Below the pieces are notes generated by a model, which saw only the letters and a program-made list of their open reading frames with translations, was not told the origin of the DNA and did not search any database. A stretch of 64,000 nt of DNA from Centroscyllium fabricii (Eukaryota), in NCBI GenBank assembly GCA_051313645.2, contig JBNRSN020000089.1:2790001-2854000 (forward strand). The letters run 5' to 3'. The position numbers were made by a program, and so were the translations under genes. This document shows positions 1 to 17,600 of this stretch, one piece after another (the first letter of the stretch is position 1; each line of letters begins with the position of its first letter).

Positions 1-3000
1 CTGTGTACAATACATCAGACATTGTCCATCAGTGTACAATACATCAGACATTGTCCATCTGTGTACAATACATCAGACAATATCCACCTGTGTACAGTAT
101 ATCAGACAATGTCCATCTGTGAACAATACATCAGATAATGTCCATCTGTGTACAATATATCAGACAATGTCCATCTGTGTACAATACATCAGACAATATC
201 TATCTGTGAACAATAAATCAGATAATGTCCATCTGTTTAAAATACATCAGAAAATGTCCATCTGTGAACAATCCATAAGACAATATCCATCTGTGAACAA
301 TACATCAGACTTTGTCCATCTGTGTACAACACATCAGACAATATCCATCTGTGTACAATCTATCAGACAATATCCATTTGTGTACAATACTTCAGAGAAT
401 ATCCATCTGTGTACAGTACGTCGGACAATATCTATCTGTGAACAATATATCAGACAATGTCCTTCTGTGTACAATATATCAGATATTATCCATCTGTGTA
501 CAATACATCAGAAAATGTCCATCTGTGTACAATGCATCAGACAATGTCCATCTGTTAACAATACATCAGACAATATCAATCTGTGTACAATACTTCAGAT
601 ATTGTCCGTCTGTGTACAATACATCAGACAATTTCCATCTGTGATCAATACATCAGACAATGTCCATCTGGGAACAATACATCAGAAAATGTCCATTTGT
701 GAACAATACATAAGAAAATATCCATCTGTGTACAGTACATCAGACAATGTCCATCTGTGTACAATACATCAGAAAATGTCCATCTGTGAACAATACATAA
801 GACATTATCCATCTGTATACAATACATCAGACATTATCCATCTGTGTACAATACATCAGACATTATCCACCTATGAACAATACATCAGACAATATCCATC
901 TGTGTACAATACATCAGACAAATGTCCATCTGTGTACAATACATCAGACAATATCCATCAGTGTACAATACATCAGACATTGTCCATCGGTGTACAATAC
1001 ATCAGACAATATCTATCTGTGAACAATATATCAGAAAATGTCCATCTGTGCACAATACATAAGACATTATCAATCTGAGTACAATACATCTGACATTATC
1101 CATCTGTGTAGAATACATCAGACAATATCCATCTCTGAATAATACATCAGACAATGTCCATCTGTGTACAATCCATCAGACAATATACATCTGTGTACAA
1201 TACTTCAGAGAATGTCCATCTGTGTACAGTACGTCGGACAATATCCATCTGTGAATAATATATCAGGCAATGTCCATCTGTGTACAATACATCAGACGTT
1301 GTCCATCTGTTTACAATATATCAGACATTATCCATCTGTGTACAATACATCAGAAAATGTCCATTTGTACAATGCATCAGACAATGTCCATCTGTGAACA
1401 ATATATCAGAGAGTATCCATCTGTGTACAAAACATCAGACATTGTCCATCTGTGTAGAATACATCAGACAATATCCATCTGTGTACAATACATCAGACAT
1501 TGTCCGTCTGTGTACAATACATCAGACAATGTCCATCTGTGAACAATACATCTGACAATGTCCATCTGTGTTCAAAACATCAGACAATGTCCATCTGTGA
1601 ACAATACATCAGACAATATCCATCTGTGTACAATACATCAGACAATGTCCATCTGTGAACAATACATCAGACAATGTCCATCTGTAGCAATACATCAGAC
1701 ATTGTCCATCTGTGTACAATGAATCAGGCATTGTCCATCTGTGAACAATACATCAGACATTTTCCATCTGTGTACAACACATCAGACAATATCCATCTGT
1801 GTACAATACATCAGACAATGTCCATCTGTGCACAACCCATCAGACAATATCCATCTGTTTACAATACATCAGAGAATGCCCATCTGTGTTCTGTACATCG
1901 GACAATATCTATCTGTGAACAATACATCAGACAATGTCCATCTGTGTACAATACATCAGAAAATATCCATCTGTGTACAATACATCGGACAATGTCCATC
2001 TGTGGACAACATATCAGACAATGTCCATCTGTGTACAATACATCAGACAATGTCTATCTGTGTACAATACAGCAGACAATATGCATCTGTGTACAATACA
2101 TCAGACAATGCCCATCTGTGAACAATACATCAGACAATATCCATCTGTGTAGAATACATCAGCCAATGTCCATCTGTACACATTACATCAGACAATGTCC
2201 ATCTGTGAACAATACATCAGACAATGTCCATCTGTGTACAATACATCAGACGTTGTCCATCTGTGTACAATATATCAGACTTTATCCATCTGTGTACAAT
2301 ACATCAGAAAATGTCCATCTGTGTACAATGCATCCGACAATATCCATCTGTGAACAATACATCAGACAATATCCATCTGTGTGCAAAACATCAGACATTG
2401 TCCATCTGTGTACAATACATCAGAAATTATCCATCTGTGTACAATACATCAGACATTGTCCGTCTGTGTACAATACATCAGACAATGTCCATCTGTGAAC
2501 AATACATCAGACAATGTCCATCTCTGTACAATACATCAAACAATGTCCATCTGTGAACAATAGATCTGAAAATATCCATCTGTGTACAATACATCAGACA
2601 ATGTCCATCTGTGAACAATTTATCAGACAATGCCCATCTGTGAACAATACATCAGACATTGTCCATCTGTGTACAATACATCAGAAATTGTCCATCAGTG
2701 TACAATACATCAGACATTGTCCATCTGTGTACAATACATCAGACAATATCCAACTGTGTACAGTATATCAGACAATGTCCATCTGTGAACAATATATCAG
2801 ATAATGTCCATCTGTGTACAATACATCAGACAATGTCCATCTGTGTACAATAAATCAGACAATATCTATCTGTGAAAAATAAATCAGATAATGTCCATCT
2901 GTGTAAAATACATCAGAAAATGTCCATCTGTGAACAATCCATAAGACAATATCCATCTGTGTACAGTACATCAGACAATGTCCATCTGTGTACTATACAT

Positions 3001-6000
3001 CAGACAATTTCCATCTGTGAACAAAACATCAGAAAATATCCATCTCTGAAAAATACATCAGAGAATGTCCATCTGTGTACAATACATCAGACAATATCCA
3101 TCTGTGTACAATACATCAGACAATGTCCAACTGTGGACAACATATCAGACAATGTCCATCTGTGTACAATACATCAGTCAATGTCCATCTGTGTACAATA
3201 CAGCAGACAATATGCATCTGTGAACAATACATCAGACAATGTCCATCTGTGTACAAAACATCAGACAATTTCCACCTGTGAACAATACATCAGACAATAT
3301 CCATCTGTGTACAATACATCAGCCAATGTCCATCTGTGCACATTACATCAGACAATGTCCATCTGTGAACAATACATCAGACAATGTCCATCTGTGTACA
3401 ATACATCAGACGTTGTCCATCTGTGTACAATATATCAGACTTTATCCATCTGTGTACAATACATCAGAAAATGTCCATCTGTGTACAATGCATCCGACAA
3501 TGTCCATCTGTGAACAATACATCAGACAATATCCATCTGTGTGCAAAACATCAGACATTGTCCATCTGTGTACAATACATCAGAAATTATCCATCTGTCT
3601 ACAATACATCAGACATTGTCCGTCTGTGTACAATACATCAGACAATGTCCATCTGTGAACAATACATCAGACAATGTCCATCTGTGTACAATACATCAAA
3701 CAATGTCCATCTGTGAACAATACATCTGAAAATATCCATCTGTGTACAATACATCAGACAATGTCCATCTGTGAACAATTTATCAGACAATGCCCATCTG
3801 TGAACAATACATCAGACATTGTCCATCTGTGTACAATACATCAGACATTGTCCATCAGTGTACAATACATCAGACATTGTCCATCTGTGTACAATACATC
3901 AGACAATATCCACCTGTGTACAGTATATCAGACAATGTCCATCTGTGAACAATACATCAGATAATGTCCATCTGTGTACAATATATCAGACAATGTCCAT
4001 CTGTGTACAATACATCAGACAATATCTATCTGTGAACAATAAATCAGATAATGTCCATCTGTGTAAAATACATCAGAAAATGTCCATCTGTGAACAATCC
4101 ATAAGACAATATCCATCTGTGAACAATACATCAGACATTGTCCATCTGTGTACAACACATCAGACAATATCCATCTGTGTACAATCTATCAGACAATATC
4201 CATTTGTGTACAATACTTCAGAGAATATCCATCTGTGTACAGTACTTCGGACAATATCTATCTGTGAACAATATATCAGACAATGTCCTTCTGTGTACAA
4301 TATATCAGATATTATCCATCTGTGTACAATACATCAGAAAATGTCCATCTGTGTACAATGCATCAGACAATGTCCATCTGTTAACAATACATCAGACAAT
4401 ATCAATCTGTGTACAATACTTCAGACATTGTCCGTCTGTGTACAATACATCAGACAATGTCCATCTGTGATCATTACATCAGACAATGTCCATCTGGGAA
4501 CAATACATCAGAAAATGTCCATTTGTGAACAATACATAAGAAAATATCCATCTGTGTACAGTACATCAGACAATGTCCATCTGTGTACAATACATCAGAA
4601 AATGTCCATCTGTGAACAATACATAAGACATTATCCATCTGTATACAATACATCAGACATTATCCATCTCTGTACAATACATCAGACATTATCCACCTAT
4701 GAACAATACATCAGACAATATCCATCTGTGTACAATAATTCAGACAAATGTCCATCTGTGTACAATACATCAGACAATATCCATCAGTGTACAATACATC
4801 AGACATTGTCCATCTGTGTACAATACATCAGACAATATCTATCTGTGAACAATATATCAGAAAATGTCCATCTGTGCACAATACATAAGACATTATCAAT
4901 CTGAGTACAATACATCTGACATTATCCATCTGTGTAGAATACATCAGACAATATCCATCTCTGAATAATACATCAGACAATGTCCATCTGTGTACAATCC
5001 ATCAGACAATATACATCTGTGTACAATACTTCAGAGAATGTCCATCTGTGTACAGTACGTCGGACAATATCCATCTGTGAACAATACATCAGACAATGTC
5101 CATCTGTGTACAATACATCAGAAAATATCCATCTGTGTACAATACATCAGACAATGTCCATCTGTGGACAACATATCAGACAATGTCCATCTGTGTACAA
5201 TACATCAGACAATGTCCATCTGTGTACAATACAGCAGACAATATGCATCTGTGTACAATACATCAGACAATGCCCGTCTGTGTACAAAACATCAGAAAAT
5301 TTCCACCTGTGAACAATACATCAGACAATATCCATCTGTGTAGAATACATCAGCCAATGTCCATCTGTGCACATTACATCAGACAATGTCCATCTGTGAA
5401 CAATACATCAGACAATGTCCATCTGTGTACAATACATCAGACGTTGTCCATCTGTGTACAATATATCAGACTTTATCCATCTGTGTACAATACATCAGAA
5501 AATGTCCATCTGTGTACAATGCATCCGACAATATCCATCTGTGAACAATACATCAGACAATATCCATCTGTGTGCAAAACATCAGACATTGTCCATCTGT
5601 GTACAATACATCAGAAATTATCCATCTGTGTACAATACATCAGACATTGTCCGTCTGTGTACAATACATCAGACAATGTCCATCTGTGAACAATACATCA
5701 GACAATGTCCATCTCTGTACAATACATCAAACAATGTCCATCTGTGAACAATAGATCTGAAAATATCCATCTGTGTACAATACATCAGACAATGTCCATC
5801 TGTGAACAATTTATCAGACAATGCCCATCTGTGAACAATACATCAGACATTGTCCATCTGTGTACAATACATCAGACATTGTCCATCAGTGTACAATACA
5901 TCAGACATTGTCCATCTGTGTACAAATCATCAGACAATATCCATCTGTGTACAGTATATCAGACAATGTCCATCTGTGAACAATATATCAGATAATGTCC

Positions 6001-6260
6001 ATCTGTGTACAATACATCAGACAATGTCCATCTGTGTACAATAAATCAGACAATATCTATCTGTGAACAATAAATCAGATAATGTCCATCTGTGTAAAAT
6101 ACATCAGAAAATGTCCATCTGTGAACAATCCATAAGACAATATCCATCTGTGTACAGTACATCAGACAATGTCCATCTGTGTACTATACATCAGACAATT
6201 TCCATCTGTGAACAAAACATCAGAAAATATCCATCTCTGAATAATACATCAGAGAATGTC
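1..6260. repeat. Higher-order duplication zone A (offsets 1160, 3191 and 3826 bp); boundaries approximate
   Basis: Near-identical ORF translations at 312/4138 and 1164/4990 (+3826), 2224/3384 and 2514/3674 (+1160 = 40x29), 2224/5415 and 2872/6063 (+3191). Confidence 0.8.
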
Positions 6261-9200
6261 CATCTGTGAACAATACATAAGACAAAATCCATCTGTGTAC
6301 AGTACATCAGACAATGTCCATCTGTGTACAATATATCAGACAATGTCCATCTGTGAACAAAACATCAGACAATATCCATCTCTGAACAATTCTTCAGAGA
6401 ATATCCATCTGTGTACAATACATCAGACAATATCCATCTGTGTACAATACATCAGACATTATCCATCTGTATACAATACATCAGACATTATCCATCTGTG
6501 TTCAATAAATCAGACAATATCCATCTGTGAACAATACATCAGACAATGTTCATCTGTGTACAATACATCAGACAATGTCCGTCTGTGTACAATACATAAG
6601 ACAATGACCATCTTGTGTACAATACATCAGACAATGTCCAGCTGTGTACAATACATCAGACAACGTCCATCTTTGAACAATATATCAGACAATATCCATC
6701 TGTGAACAATACATCAGACAATATCCATCTGTGTACAATACATCAGACAATGTCCATCTGTACAATACATCAGACAATGTCCATTAGTTTACAATACATC
6801 AGACATTATCCATCTGTGTACAATACATTAGACAATGTCCATCTGTGAACAATAAATCAGACAATATCAATCATCTGTGAACAATACATCAGACAATATC
6901 CATCTGTGTATAATACATCAGAAAATATCCATATTTGTACAATACATCGGACAATATCCATCTGTTTACATTACATCAGAAAATGTCCATCTGTGTACAG
7001 TACATCAGACAATATCCATCTGTGTACAATATATCAGACAATGTCCATCTGTGAACAACACATCAGACAATGTCCATCTGTGTACAATACATCAGACAAT
7101 GTCCATCTGTGTACAGTACATCAGACAATGTGCATCTGTGTAAAGTACATCAGACAATGTCCTTCAGTATACAGTACTTCAGACAATGTCCATCTGTGTA
7201 CAATACATCAGACCCTGTCCACCTGTGTACAATACATCAGAAAATGTCCATCTGTGAACAATATATAAGACAATATCCATCTGTGTACAGTACACCAGAC
7301 AATGTCCATCTGTGTACTATGCATTAGAAAATGTCCACCTGTGTACAATACATAAGACATTATACATCTGTGTACAATACATCAGACATTATCCTTCTGT
7401 GTACAATACATCAGAAAATGTCCAACTGTGAACACTACATAAGACATTATCTATCTGTGTACAATAGAGCAGACATTATCCATCTGTATACAATACATCA
7501 GACAAATGTCCATATGTGTACAATACATCAGACAATATCCATCAGTGTACAATACATCAGAAAATTTCCATCTGAGTACAATACATCAGACAATATCCAT
7601 CTGTGAACAATAATCCAGAAAATGTGCCTCTGTGCACAATATATAAGACATTATCAATCTGTGTACAATACATCAGACATTATCCATCTGTGTAGAATAC
7701 ATCAGACAATATCCATCTGTGAATAATACATCAGAAAATATCCATCTGTGTAAAATGCATCAGACATTATCCATCTTTGAACAATACATCAGACAATATC
7801 CATCTGTGTACAATACAGCAGACAATATCCATCTGTGTACAATACATCAGAAAATGTCCATCTGTGAACAATACATCAGACATTATCCATCTGTGTACAA
7901 CACATCAGGCAATATCCATCTGTGTACAATAAATCAGAAAATGTCCATCTGTGAACAATACATAAGACATTATCCATCTGTGTACAATACATCAGACATT
8001 ATCCATCTGTGAACAATATATCAGACAATATCCATCTGTGTACAATACATCAGACAAATGTCCATCTGTGTACAATACATCAGACAATATCCATCAGTGT
8101 ACAATACATCATACAATGTCCATCTGTGTACAATTCATCAGAAAATATTTATCAGTGAACAATATATAAGAAAATGTCCATCTGTGCACAATACATAAGA
8201 CATTATCAATCTGAGTACAATTCATCAGACATTATCCATCTGTGTAGAATACATCAGACAATATCCCACTGTGAATAATACATCAGACAATGTCCATCTG
8301 TGTACAATACATCAGAAATTGTCCGTCTGTGTACAATACATCAGACAATGTCCATTTGTGAACAATACATCAGAAAACTTCCATTTGTGTACAATACATC
8401 AGACAATGTCCATCTGTGAACATTACATCAGACAATATCCATCTGTTTACAATACATCAGACAATGTCCATCTGTGAACAATACATCAGACATTATCCAT
8501 CTGTGTACAACACATCAGACAATATCCATCTGTGTACAATACATCAGAAAATGTCCATCTGTGAACAATACATAAGACATTATCCATCTGTGTACAATAC
8601 ATCAGACATGATCCATCTGTGAACAATATATCAGATAATATCCATCTGTGTACAATACATCAGACAAATGTCCATCTGTGTACAGTACATCAGACAATAT
8701 CCATCAGTGTACAATACATCAGACAATGTCCATCTGTGTACAATACATCAGAAAATATCTATCTGTGAACAATATATCAGAAAATGTCCATCTGTGCACA
8801 ATACATAAGACATTATCAATCTGAGCACAATACATCTGATATTATCCATCTGTGTAGATTATATCAGACAATATCCATCTGTGAATAATACATCAGACAA
8901 TGTCCATCTGTGTACAATCCTTCAGACAATATCATTCAGTGTACAATACATCAGAGAATGTCCACCTCTTTACAGTGCATCGGACAATATCTATCTGTGA
9001 ACAATACATCAGACAATGTCCATCTGTGTACAATGCATCATACAATATCCATCTGTGTACAATACATCAGACAATGTCCATCTGTGTACAATATATCAGA
9101 CAATGTGCATCTGTGAACAATACAGCAGAGATTGTCCATCTGTGTACAATACATCAGACATTGTCCATCTGTGTACAATACATCAGACAATATCCATCTG

Positions 9201-11689
9201 TGAACAATACATTAGACAATGTCCATCTGTGAACAATATATCAGACAATGTCCATCTTTGAACAATACATCAGACAATATCCATCTGTGTACAATATATC
9301 AGACAATGTCCATCTGTGTACAATACATCAGACAATATCCATCTGTGAACAATACATCAGACAATGTCCACCTGTGTACAATAGTTCAGAAAATATCCAT
9401 CTGTGAACAATCCATAAGACAATATCCATCTGTATACATTACATAAGACAATGTCCATCTGTGTACAATAGATCAGAAAATGTCCATCTATGAACAATAC
9501 GTAAGACATTATCCATCTGTGTACAATACATCAGACATTATCCATCTGTGTACAATACATCAAACAATGTCCATCTGTGTACAATACATCAGACAATGTC
9601 CATCTGTGGAGAATACATCAGACAATGTCGATCTGTGTACAATACATCAGACAATATGCATCTGTGTAAAATACATCAGACAATGTCCATCTGTGTACAA
9701 TACTTCAGACAATGTCCATCTGTGAACAATACATCAGACAATATCCATCTGTGTACAATACATCAGACGAAGTCCATCTGTGTACAATACATCAGACTAT
9801 GTCCATCTGTGAACAGTACATCCGACAATGTCCATCTGTGTACAATACATCAGACATTGTCCATCTGTGTACAATACACCAGACATTATCCATCTGTGTT
9901 CAATACATCAGAAAATGTCCATCTGTGCACAATGCATCAGACAATGTCCATCGGTGAACAATACATCAGACAATATCCATCTGTGTACAAAACATCATAC
10001 AATTTCCATCTGTGAACAATACATGAGACAATATCCATCTGTGTACAATGCTTCAGACAATGTCCGTCTGTGTACAGTACATCAGACAATGTCCATCTGT
10101 GTACAATATATCAGAAAATGTCCATCTGTGTACAATACATCAGACAATATCCATCTGTGTACAATACGTCAGACATTATCCATCTGTGAACAATACATCA
10201 GACATTATTCATCTGTGTAAAATACATCAGATATTGTCCATCTGTGAACAATACATAAGACAATATCCATCTGTGTAAAGTACATCAGACAATGTCCACC
10301 TGTGTACAATACATCAGAAAATGTCCATCTGTGAAAAATACATAAGATATTATACATCTGTGTACAATACATCAGACATTATCCATCTGTGTACAATACA
10401 TCAGAAAATGTCCATCTGTGAACACTACATAAGACATTATCCATCTGTGTACAATACATCAGACATTATCCATCTGTGTACAATACATCAGACAAATGTC
10501 CATCTGTGTACAATACATCAGACAATATCCATCAGTGTACAATATATCATACAATTTCCATCTGTGTACAATACATCGGACAATATCCATCTGCGAACAA
10601 TATATCAGAAAATGTCCATCTGTGCACAATACATAAGACATTATCAATCTGTGTACAATACATCAGACATTATCCATCTGTGTAGAATACATCAGACAAT
10701 ATCCATCTGTGAATAATACATCAGAAAATGTCCATCTGTGTACAATACATCAGACATTATCCATCTGTGAACAATACATCAGAAAATATCCATCTGTGTA
10801 CAATACATCAGCCAATATCCATCTGTGAACAATACATCAGAAAATGTCCATCTGTGTACAATACATCAGACAATATCCATCTGTGTACAATACATCAGAC
10901 ATTATCCATCTGTGAAAAATTCATCAGACATTATCGATCTGTGTACAATACATCAGACATTGTCCATCTGTGAACAATACATCAGACATTATATATATGT
11001 GTACAATAAATCAGACAATATCCATTTGTGTACAGTACATGAGAAAATGTCCATGTGTGTGCAATCCATCAGACAATATCCATCTGTTTACAATACATCA
11101 GAGTATGTCCATCTGTGTACAGTACATCAGACATTATCCATCTGTGAACAATACTTCAGACAATGTCCATCTGTGTACAATACATCAGACAATATCCATC
11201 TGTGTAAAATACATCAGACAATGTCCATCTGTGAACAATACATCAGACAATGCCCATCTCTGTACAATATTTCAGACAATGTCCGTCTGAGAACAATACA
11301 TCAGACAATGTCCATCTGTGTACAATATATCAGAAAATGTCCATCTGTGTACAATACATCAGACAATATCCATCTGTGTACAATACATCATACATTATCC
11401 ATCTGTGAACAATACATCAGACATTATCCATCTGTGTACAATACATCAGAAATTGTCCATCTGTGAACAATACATAAGACAATATCCATCTGAGTAAAGT
11501 ACATCAGACAATGTCCACCTGTGTACAATACATCAGAAAATGTCCATCCGTGAAAAATACCTAAGATATTATACATTTGTGTGCAATATATCAGACATTA
11601 TACATCTGTGTACAATACATCAGAAAATGTCCATCTGTGAACACTACATAAGACATTATCCATCTGTGTACAATACATCAGACATTATC

Positions 11690-14600
11690 CATCTGTAAAC
11701 AATACATCAGACAAATGTCCATCTGTGTACAATACATCAGACAATATCCATCAGTGTACAATATATCAGACAATTTCCATCTGTGTACAATACATCAGAC
11801 ATTTTCCATCTGTGTAGAACACATCAGACAATATCCATCTGTGAATAATACATCAGAAAATGTCCATCTGTGTACAATACATCAGACATTATCCATCTGT
11901 GAACAATGCATCAGAAAATATCCATCTGTGAACAATACATCAGAAAATATCCATCTGTGTACAATACATGATCCAATATCCATCTGTGAACAATACATCA
12001 GAAAATGTCCATCTGTGTACAATACGTCAGACAATATCCATCTGTGTACAATACATCAGACAACGGCCATCTGTGAACAATATATCAGACAATATCCATC
12101 TGTGTACAATATATCAGACAATGTCCATCTGTGTACAATATATCAGACAATGTCCATCTGTGATCAATACATCAGACAATGTCCATCTGTGTACAATACA
12201 TCAGACATTGTCCATCTGTGTACAATACATCAGACATTATCCCTCTGTCTACAATACATCAGAAAATGTCCATCTGTGTACAATGCATCAGACAATGTCC
12301 ATCTGTGAACTATACATCAGACAATATCCATCTGTGTACAAAACACCACACATTGTCCATCTGTGAACAATACATCAGACAATATCCATCTGTGTACAAT
12401 ACATCAGAAAATGTCCATCTGTGAACAATACATCAGACAATGTCCATCTGTGAACAATACATCAGACATTGTCCATCTGTGTACAATACAGCAGAGATTG
12501 TCCATCTGTGTACAATACATCAGACATTGTCCATCTGTGTACAATACATCAGACAATATCCATCTGTGTACAATACATTAGACAATGTCCATCTGTGAGC
12601 AATACATCAGACAATGTCCATCTGTGAACAATACATCAGACAATTTCCATCTGTGTACAATATATCAGACAATGTCCATCTGTGTACAATACATCAGACA
12701 ATATCCATCTGTGAACAATACATCAGAGAATGTCCATCTGTGTACAATATATCAGAAAATGTCCATCTGTGAACAATCCATAAGACAATATCCATCTGTG
12801 TACAGTACATCAGACAATGTCCATCTGTGTACAATAGGTCAGAAAATGTCCATCTGTGAACAATACATAAGACATTATCCTACTGTGTACAATACATCAG
12901 ACATTTTCCATCTGTGTACAATACATCAGACAATGTCCATCTGTGAACAATACATCAGACAATGCCAATCTGTGGACAATACATCAGACAATGTCCATCT
13001 GTGTACAATATATCAGAAAATGTCCATCTGTGAACAATCCATCAGACAATATCCATCTGTGTACAGTATATCAGACAATGTCCATCTGTGTACAATAGAT
13101 CAGAAAATGTCCATCTGTGAACAATCAATAAGACAATATCCATCTGTGTACAGTACATCTGACAATGTCCATCTGTGTACAATAGATCAGACAATGTCCA
13201 TCTGTGAACAATACATCAGACAATGCCAATCTGTGGACAATACATCAGACAATGTCGATCTGTGTACAATACATCAGACATTATCCATCTGTTTTCAATA
13301 CATCAGATAATGTCCATCTGTGTACAGTGCATCAGACAATGTCCATCTGTGAACAATACATCAGACAATATTCTTCTGTGTACAAAATATCAGACATAGT
13401 CCATCTGTGAACAATACATCAGACAATATCCATCTGTGTACAATACATCAGACATTGTCCGTCTGTGGACAATACATCAGACAATGTCCAGCTGTGTACA
13501 ATACATCAGACAATATCCATCTGTGTACAATACATCAGACAATATCCATCTGTTTACAGTACATCAGACAATGTCCATCTGTGTACGGTACATCAGACAA
13601 TATCCATCTGTGTACAATACATCAGAACTTATCCATCTGTGAACAATACATCAGATATTTTCCATCTGTGTACAATACATCAGACATTGTCCATCTGTGA
13701 ACAATACATAAGACAATATCCATCTGTGTAAAGTATATCAGACAATGTCCATCTGTGTACAAAACATCAGAAAATGTCCATCTGTGAAGAATACATAAGA
13801 TATTATACATCTGTGTACAATGCATCAGACATTATCCATCTGTATACAATACATCCGACAAATGTCCATCTTTGTACAATACATCAGACAATATCCATCA
13901 GTGTACAATACATCAGACAATTTCCATCTGTGTACAATACATCAGACAATATCCATGTGTGAGCAATATATCAGAAAATGTCCATCTGTGCACAATACAT
14001 AAGTCATAATCAATCTGTGTACAATACATCAGACATTATTCATCTGTGTAGAATACATCAGACATTATCCATCTGTGAACAATACATCAGAAAATATCCA
14101 TCTGTGTACAATACATCAGCCAATATCCATCTGTGTACAATACATCAGAAAATGTCCATCTGTGTACAATATATCAGACAATATCCATCTGTGTACAATA
14201 CATCAGACATTATCCATCTGTGAACAATACATCAGACATTATCCATCTGTGTACAATACATCAGACATTATCCATCTGTGAACAATACATCAGACATTAT
14301 CCATCTGTGTACAATATATCAGACAATATCCATTTGTGTACAATACATGAGAAAATGTCCGTCTGTGTGCAATCCATCAGACAATATCAATCTGTTTACA
14401 ATACATCAGAGTATGTCCATCTGTGTACAGTACATCAGAGATTATCCATCTGTGAACAATACTTCAGACAATGAACATCTGTGTACAATACATCAGACAA
14501 TATCCATCTGTGTACAAAACATCAGACATTGTCCATCTGTGAACAATACATCAGACAATATCCATCTGTGTACAATACATCAGACATTTTCCCTCTGGGT

Positions 14601-17600
14601 ACAATACATCAGACAAAGTCCATCTGTGAACAATACACCAGACAATGTCCATCTGTGTACAATGCATCAGACAATGTCCATCTGTGAACAATACATCAGA
14701 CAATATCCATATTTGTACAATACATCAGACACTGTCCATCTGTGAACAATACATCAGACAATGTCCATCTGTGAACAATACATCAGACATTGTCCATCTG
14801 TGTACAATACAGCAGAGATTGTCCATCTGTGTACAATACATCAGACATTGTCCATCTGTGTTCAATACATCAGACAATATCCATCTGTGTACAATACATT
14901 ATACAATATCCATCTGTGAACAATACATCAGACAAAGTCCATCTGTGAACAATACATCAGACAATGTCCATCTGTGTACAATATATCAGACAATGTCCAT
15001 CTTTGTACAATACATCAGACAATATCCATCTGTGAACAATACATCAGACAATGTCCAGCTGTGTACAATATATCAGAAAATGTCCATCTGTGAACAATCC
15101 ATAAGACAATATCCATCTGTGTACAGTATATCAGACAATGTCCATCTGTGTACAATAGATCAGAAAATGTCCATCTGTGAACAATACATAAGACATTATC
15201 CATCTGTGTACAATACATCAAATATTATCCATCTGTGTACAATACATCAGACAATGTCCATCTGTGAACAATTCATCAGACAATGTCCATCTGTGGACAA
15301 TATATCAGGCAATGTCGATCTGTGTACAATACATCAGACAATATGCATATGTGTACAATACATCAGACAATGTCCATCTGTGTACAATACATCAGAAAAT
15401 GTCCATCTGTGAACAATACATCAGACAATTTCCATCTGTGTACAATAAATCAGACAAAGTCCATCTGTGTACAGTACATCAGACTATGTCTATCTGTGAA
15501 CAGTACATCCGACAATGTCCATCTGTGTACAATACATCAGACATTGTCCATCTGTATACAATACATCAGACATTATCCATCTGTGTTCAATCCATCAGAA
15601 AATGTCCATCTGTGTACAATGCATCAGACAATGTCCATCTGTGAACAATACATCAGACAATATCCATCTGTGTACAAAACATCAGACATTGTCCATCTGT
15701 GAGCAATACATCAGACAATATACATCTGCGTACAATACATCAGACATTGTCCGTCTGTTTACAATATATCAGACAATGTCCAGCTGTGTACAATACATCA
15801 GACAATATCCATCTGTGTACAATACATCAGACAATATCCATCTGTTTACAGTACATCAGACAATGTCCATCTGTGTACAATACATCAGACAATATCCATC
15901 TGTGTACAATACATCAGACAATTTCCATCTGTGAACAATACATCAGGTAATTTCCATCTGTGTACAATACTTCAGACAATATCCGTCTGTATACAATATA
16001 TCAGACAATGTCAATCTGTGTACAATATATCAGAAAATGTTCATCTGTGTACAATATATCAGACAATATCCATCTGTGTACAATACATCATACATTATCA
16101 ATCTGTGAACAATACATCAGACATTATCCATCTGTGTACAGTACATCAGACATTGTACATCTGTGAACAATACATAAGACAATATCCATCTGTGTAAAGT
16201 ACATCTGACAATGTCCATCTGTGTACAATACATCAGAAAATGTCCATCTGTGAAAAATACATAAGATATTATACATCTGTGTACAATATATCTGACATTA
16301 TCCATCTGTGTACAATACATCAGTAAATGTCCATCTGTGAACACTACATAAGACATAATCCATCTGCGCACAATACAGCAGACATTATCCATCTGTATAC
16401 AATACATCAGACAAGTTTCCATCTGTGTACAATACATCAGACAATATCCATCAGTGTACAATATATCAGACAATTTCCATCTGTGTAAAATACATCAGAC
16501 AATATCCATCTGTGAACAATATATCAGAAAATGTCCATCTGTGCACAATACATAAGACATTATCAATCTGTGTAGAATACATCAGACATTATCCATCTGT
16601 GTAGAATACATCAGGCAATATCCATCTGTGAATAATACATCAGAAAATGTCCATCTGTGTACAATACATTAGAAATTATCCATCTGTGTACAATACATCA
16701 GACATTATCCATCTGTAAACAATACATCAGACAAATGTCCATCTGTGTACAATACATCAGACAATATCCATCAGTGTACAATATATCAGACAATTTCCAT
16801 CTGTGTACAATACATCAGACATTATCCATCTGTGTAGAACACATCAGACAATATCCATCTGTGAATAATACATCAGAAAATGTCCATCTGTGTACAATAC
16901 ATCAGACATTATCCATCTGTGAACAATGCATCAGAAAATATCCATCTGTGAACAATACATCAGAAAATATCCATCTGTGTACAATACATGATCCAATATC
17001 CATCTGTGAACAATACATCAGAAAATGTCCATCTGTGTACAATACGTCAGACAATATCCATCTGTGTACAATACATCAGACAATGTCCATCTGTGAACAA
17101 TACATCAGACAATATCCATCTGTGTACAATATATCAGACAATGTCCATCTGTGTACAATATATCAGACAATGTCCATCTGTGATCAATACATCAGACAAT
17201 GTCCATCTGTGTACAATACATCAGACATTGTCCGTCTGTGTACAATACATCAGACATTATCCCTCTGTCTACAATACATCAGAAAATGTCCATCTGTGTA
17301 CAATGCATCAGACAATGTCCATCTGTGAACTATACATCAGACAATATCCATCTGTGTACAAAACACCACACATTGTCCATCTGTGAACAATACATCAGAC
17401 AATATCCATCTGTGTACAATACATCAGAAAATGTCCATCTGTGAACAATACATCAGACAATGTCCATCTGTGAACAATACATCAGACATTGTCCATCTGT
17501 GTACAATACAGCAGAGATTGTCCATCTGTGTACAATACATCAGACATTGTCCATCTGTGTACAATACATCAGACAATATCCATCTGTGTACAATACATTA

